From the NCBI GenBank assembly GCA_033442325.1, contig JAWQFM010000027.1:873047-937046 (forward strand): DNA of 64,000 nucleotides, given 5' to 3'. Position 1 is the stretch's first letter, and each line of letters starts with the position of its first letter. Shown here in pieces: positions 57,085 through 64,000 of this stretch. The position numbers and the translations under genes were made by a program. This stretch comes from Salpingoeca rosetta (taxonomy: Eukaryota; Protista; Choanoflagellata). Below the pieces are notes generated by a model, which was given only the letters and a program-made list of their open reading frames with translations, ran no database searches and was not told the DNA's origin.

Positions 57085-59126
57085 TGTGAGTGTGAGTGAG
57101 TGAGTGAGTGAAACAGTGCTGTGCAACACATGGCCATGTGACGGCACCATCCACACCAGAACTCACATCGCGCGCAACGCCGGCCTTTTCGTCCTCAATG
57201 TTTTCAATCTTCGCCTGCAGTTCCAGCACGCGTCTGTTAAGATCCGCAGCCTGACACGCGGAGGAGGTGATGGAGGGGTAATGAGCGGTGAGCAGGGGTC
57301 GCGCGTTGGGAAGAGATGCAAGCATGTAGATGACACGTGACACATTGGCGCACACTGGACTGCTTCCACAATCAACACAGCACTGCATTGCTTCCACATA
57401 CAATCACACACAATCACAATCACACACACACACAATCACACAATTACATAAGCACACCACCACCACACCTCCTGCTGCAGGGATTCGTGCTTTTCCTTGA
57501 GCGTGCGGAGAGCCGTGAGGTCGTGCACTGTTGCCCCTTGGCCGTGCTCCCCTTCAACGTCGCCCGTGAACGCGCCCTCCTCCCGCTGGCAGCAGCGACG
57601 CAGGATGTTGTTTGGGGGTGAGGAATGATGGTGTGGAGTCAGATAGCAAGCAATGCATCCAGCACTTCATCATTATCCAACACGCACGCATGCACATACG
57701 CACGCATGCACGCACATAACACGTGTCTCCACACACCATGTCCAGAACACTGCCAACGCCTCCACCCCCCTCCCTCAACGTCCCCCTCCCTACCATCCAC
57801 TCGATGGTCTTGTCAACGTCGTAGTTGTTGAGTCGCAGCGCCAGCACTTTTTCCCGCGTGTTCGACCACTTTGGAAACGCCTTCGGGGACGGGATGGATG
57901 GGTGGGTGGCGTTGAGTGGTTGTTTACAGGCTGAGCTGATCATGTTGAGACAAGATGGACAGACAGGGGAACACTCGCAAGAGCAGCACAGACATATGCA
58001 CAAAGGCACAAACAAATGAGCACACAACACAGCACAACACAACACACAACACAGCACAACACACACAACACACCACAACACAACACACCACAACACAACA
58101 CAACGCCACGAACCTGTTCAATTTGTGCGAGTGCGTGCTCTGTTGCTGGGATGACGGCCTCCCACTGCGTCGGCAGCGGTTTGAGCTGCGATGTCTTTGG
58201 ATCCGCATAGAACCGCACGTCTCGCTCCTCTTTGCTCACACACGTGAACACAGACTGCCGGAATGTGCGTAGCAAGCGGGAGACGGGTCGGTGAAAGTGT
58301 GTGAGTGTTTGCACGTGTGGGTGTACGTGTGGTGGTGGTACGTTGTCGACGTGAGCGGACAAGAGCATGCTCATGGGTGGCACAGCCCATCGCCACAGCC
58401 CACCACTTCACCGCCATCACTGATCACAGCACCCATCACCACGCCGCTCATCAGTGTTGAAGCCGCACCTCGCCCGTGATTGGGTTCTCGATGGTGTCGA
58501 ACGAGAGGCCGGCCAGCGTGCTGATGCCGCCTTGCGCACCAGACCTGAACAACAGTCGCGGTGTTGCCGAGGGGGGGGGGGATGAAGTGGCGGTGGGAAG
58601 AAGTGGCCGTGAGGGAGAAGGTCTAAAAGTAAATGGTAAACCGACGCTTGAAGTGCACGCACACACACACACACACACAGATGTATACACACACACACAC
58701 GCACACACACACACAGACGTACACACACGCGCGCACACAGACGTACACACACGCGCGCACACACATACACACACGAGCACACAGACGTACACGATGTTCT
58801 GTGCAGTACTCACCCCTTGTCTGCGTGCGTGTGTGTGCTGTCGTAGACGTGACCGCCGCCCGCCGCCCACACGTCGCCGCTGTCGTCCTCATAACCGTTG
58901 TCGAGCGGTTGCAATTCTGCCTCCATCTCGGGAGTCACCGGCACCCACGACTGCACATTGGTCAAGATATGGTGGTGGGGCGTGGTATGGTGACGGTGTG
59001 AAGTGGTGATGTGGTGGTGGAATTGTTGCGTAAGAGCACATGGCACTGCATCGTGTCCACATGTATCACCACAACCAAACACCAGGGCCACATCCACATC
59101 CACACACACACACACACACACATCCA

Positions 59127-59196
<70 letters not shown>

Positions 59197-61702
59197 ACTC
59201 ACGCACCCACACACACAGCCACACAAACACACACACAGCCACACAAACACACACACACACACACAGAGCCACCCCATCCCCTCCCCCACCTCCCTGACCT
59301 GCGTGTCCATGTCGAGGTAGTGGCGCGTGCCATCCTCTGCCGTGCACGTCGTCACGATGCTGCCGTCGCCCGTCGTGAAGTACTCAAACTGCTGCGCTGG
59401 GTCCTGTCGTGCGTGGAGAGAGAGAAAGGCGATGTGAGTGTTGTGTGTGTGTGTGTGAATGTGTGTGAGTGTGTGAGTGCGTGTGTGAGTGTGCGTGTGT
59501 GTGTGAGTGTGTGTGTGTGTGTGTGAGTGTGAGTGTGTGGGTCCAAGAGTCATTACCATGCAGTCCATGGTCACACTGACCACCCTCCTCATCACAACTA
59601 CAACGCGTCACCATCACCATCACATACCACCACCACCACCACTACGAGCACGCGTGCACCTCGTCGAGACTGATGTATGACTGCGGGGTTGTGTATGTCA
59701 TGGTACCGGTCCTCCTGTTGAAGAACAGCGGCAGTGCATCGTCCTCCTCCCCAGCGAATCCAATCCGCACCCACGCCTCCTCCTCTGCAGCCACGACGAT
59801 GGTGGTGAGGGTGAGGGTGGTGGTGGTGACGGTGTATTGTTATTGCGTGAGGGAAGGCTGATAAGTCATTCAATGAAAAGCACACATGGCTCATCTTCGC
59901 ACGTGTGGCGCACCACCATCGCTCCTGCCAGCCCCATTCACCTCATTCAAACCACCTCCTCAATCAACCACATCCACCCCTGCATCCCCTCCTCTTGTCT
60001 GCAACCCCACCTGAGCCGAGCTGGCTGTATGCGCAGCACATGAGCATGTTCAGCAGCGGTTCAAACTCCGAGAACGAGAGGGCGCCGTCCTGTTTAAGTG
60101 CGCAGTGGCAGTATGGTGAAAAATTGTGCGCGCGTGTCTGTGATTGTGCGTGCATGCATACGTGTTGTCGTGGTTGTCAGCAAGCAATCATCAACACAAA
60201 ACGCAACCACACACCTTATCGTGGTCGTATTGATAGAAGAGGTCAATGGCATCCTGAAGAAGAAGAGAAGCAGCGAATGGCTTGCACGTGAGGCCGAAGT
60301 ACTCAACACACACACACATGTACACATGCACACACACGCGCGCACACAGCACACAGTACACACACACACACACATGCACACACATGCACACACATGCACA
60401 CACAAAACACACCCACCCACACACTCAGAACACACGCACGGCGTCTGAGATGCTGAGGTTGAGGGACGGGGAGCGGAGGACGGCGTCATATTCGTTCATG
60501 TCCAATCGCGCGTTTGCATTCAAATCTGCGCGGCGGAAGATGATGGCCGCAAACTCCTGATGATGGTTAAGTGGTTGGTTGCGTGAGTGGTTGGTTGGTT
60601 GATTGTGTTGTGAGTGATTGGTTGGTTGATTGTGTTGTGAGTGGTTGGTTGCGTGAGCACGAATGCAAATGCATACAAACAAGCATGCCCTGCGCCCCCC
60701 CCCCCCACACACACACATCACCGCACCCTGAAGATGGCTTCGGAGTCCTCGATAAACGCTTCGGATGTGCGCGATTGGCCAATTGCTGCCGCCGACCCGT
60801 CGTCACCCCAGGCTTGGATTGGTGCAACCATCCCATCGCCGCTATGACCACCACTGTCAGCGCCGCCATTTCCCTCGCCCTGCTCGTGTCTCTCGACCGT
60901 CAACTCAGCATCAGAGTCGACACCATCCTCCTCCTCCTCCTCCTCTCCCATGGCATCTGGTGACATGGCAACAGCAGAGACCGGGCGGTGCATGGCGCCA
61001 TTGCTACTGCTGTCGCTGCTGCGTGTACTGGTGCTGTCGCGGGGCGCTGTCGCGGTCCCGTTTGTGTCTGCATCATCACTGCCATGCGGTGGCGCTGCAG
61101 CGACATCTGTGGATTGCGAGTGACTGTCGCCTTCGTCAACAACACCATCACCGTCAACACCTGTGCCGTCCACTGTCAGGGACATGAGCGTGGCCTTTTT
61201 GCGAGCCTTCTTCTTGCCGCCGTCAGCAGCAGCTGTGTTATCGTCCTTGTTGGGTTTGTTGTCGCTATTGTTGTTGTCGTCGTCGTTGTTGTTGTTGTTG
61301 GTGTCAGTGGTCGTGCCTGCTGCAGTACCGGCATCAATGTCTTGCAGGACCAGGGATTCGTCCGCTGTTGGGCCTGAGGCCTCTGCAGACGCTGGGTCGC
61401 TTTTCGCTTGGCCGCGGCTGGCAGGCCGTTCAAGGTGTGCTGGCACGGCGTCGCGGGTGGAAGTGACAAGGCGCTGCTGTGTGCTGGGTCGAGACCCAGG
61501 CCCACTGGACCCACTGGTGACGCTTGATCGCCGTGACCGACGGGAGTGTGGCTTTGACGTCGAAGCGCTCCCAACATCATCATCCTCCCCACCCACATGT
61601 TGCTGCTGTTGCTGCTGCTGTTGCTGCTGCTGTTGTTGTTGTTCTGGCTGGTTGGTGTTGGGCGATGCCGCGTGAGGGGGCACTTTCACCGGAGGCAGTT
61701 CA

Positions 61703-61734
<32 letters not shown>

Positions 61735-61833
61735 TTCGTCGTTGGCTTTCGGCTGCACTTGGATGCTTTGCCGGCTGCCTGCAGAAGGCTTTGCTGGTTT
61801 CTTCTGCTTTGCCTTGCTTGCCCCACTCCCCAT
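52087..61833 (-). CDS. Kinesin-14 (KIFC3-like C-terminal motor) with N-myristoylation motif, EF-hands, WW-like and CUE/UBA-like modules and coiled coil; about 29 exons
   Basis: Neck [22 protein letters not shown]; [10 protein letters not shown]; MEIYNE; NIHSSRSH; DLAGSER; [10 protein letters not shown]. Every upstream exon from MGSGAS (61833) splices in phase into the motor by manual tracing. Confidence 0.85.
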
Positions 61834-62058
61834 GGTGACCACACCACTTCAAGCAAGCAAGCAAGCAAGCAAGCAAGGGGAGAAGAAGGAGAGCGAGCGA
61901 GCGAGCGAGGGGACACAAACGCAACCACAACAACACGAAGCACCACCAAACAACAACAAGGTCGCTGTTCTGTTGCTGTTTGTGTTTTGGTTGTTTTTGA
62001 TGGCGATTCGCAATATCTTCCGTGAACATTCACCAGTATTTGGGTTTGCGGAAGGAAG
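61834..62058. promoter_or_regulatory. Very short head-to-head intergenic region (putative bidirectional promoter) between the kinesin and the CREC gene
   Basis: Only 225 bp separate the divergent ATGs; contains (GCAA)n at 61850-61877. Promoter function is inferred. Confidence 0.5.
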
Positions 62059-63755
<1,697 letters not shown>

Positions 63756-64000
63756 AGTCCTGTCTTGACGAAAATCATAAACGATGCACAGTAATTCTCC
63801 TCAATGAAAACACAGACGGAGCATTGCGGTGCGCTGGTTGGATACTCGTGTTGCTGCTGTTCCCTCTCCTGCTGTTCTTCTCTTGTCGCTCAAAGCAAAG
63901 AAGCTAAAGAAGCAAAGAGAATGTCACAATCCCCCGCTGTCTTGGGTTTCTGGAGGCTGCAAAAGCTGTTGCTGTTGGCTTTGCCCTTGCTGGTGGTGGC

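Overview
Intron-dense, microsatellite-saturated eukaryotic DNA with N gaps. The gene content (type IV DGK, CREC protein, HS3ST-like sulfotransferase, CFAP20, LRR receptor kinases) and the (CA/TG)n-filled introns suggest a choanoflagellate such as Salpingoeca rosetta; this is an inference. Manual splicing at GT-AG sites gives about 17 protein-coding genes. In order: BORCS8-like (3' part), Golgi sulfotransferase, bacterial-type glucokinase with a C-terminal membrane anchor, CCDC130/YJU2B, ATG12, intronless bacterial-type 3-hydroxybutyrate dehydrogenase, CFAP20, SDHAF4, an N-acylated atypical Rab-like GTPase, an SLC22A18-like MFS transporter, two tandem LRR receptor kinases, a DGK zeta/iota-like kinase, ALG1, a third LRR receptor kinase, a kinesin-14 with a myristoylation/EF-hand/WW/CUE-like tail, and a short calumenin-like protein. 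The best candidate for an undescribed system is the three-member LRR-TM-kinase family. Its members share a two-cysteine helical N-terminal segment ending at a furin-type RxxR site, have divergent ectodomains on one giant exon and patchwork near-identical kinase domains, and two of them share a downstream non-coding element. Most ORFs in the supplied track are microsatellite or antisense artefacts. No rRNA, tRNA or CRISPR array was recognised.
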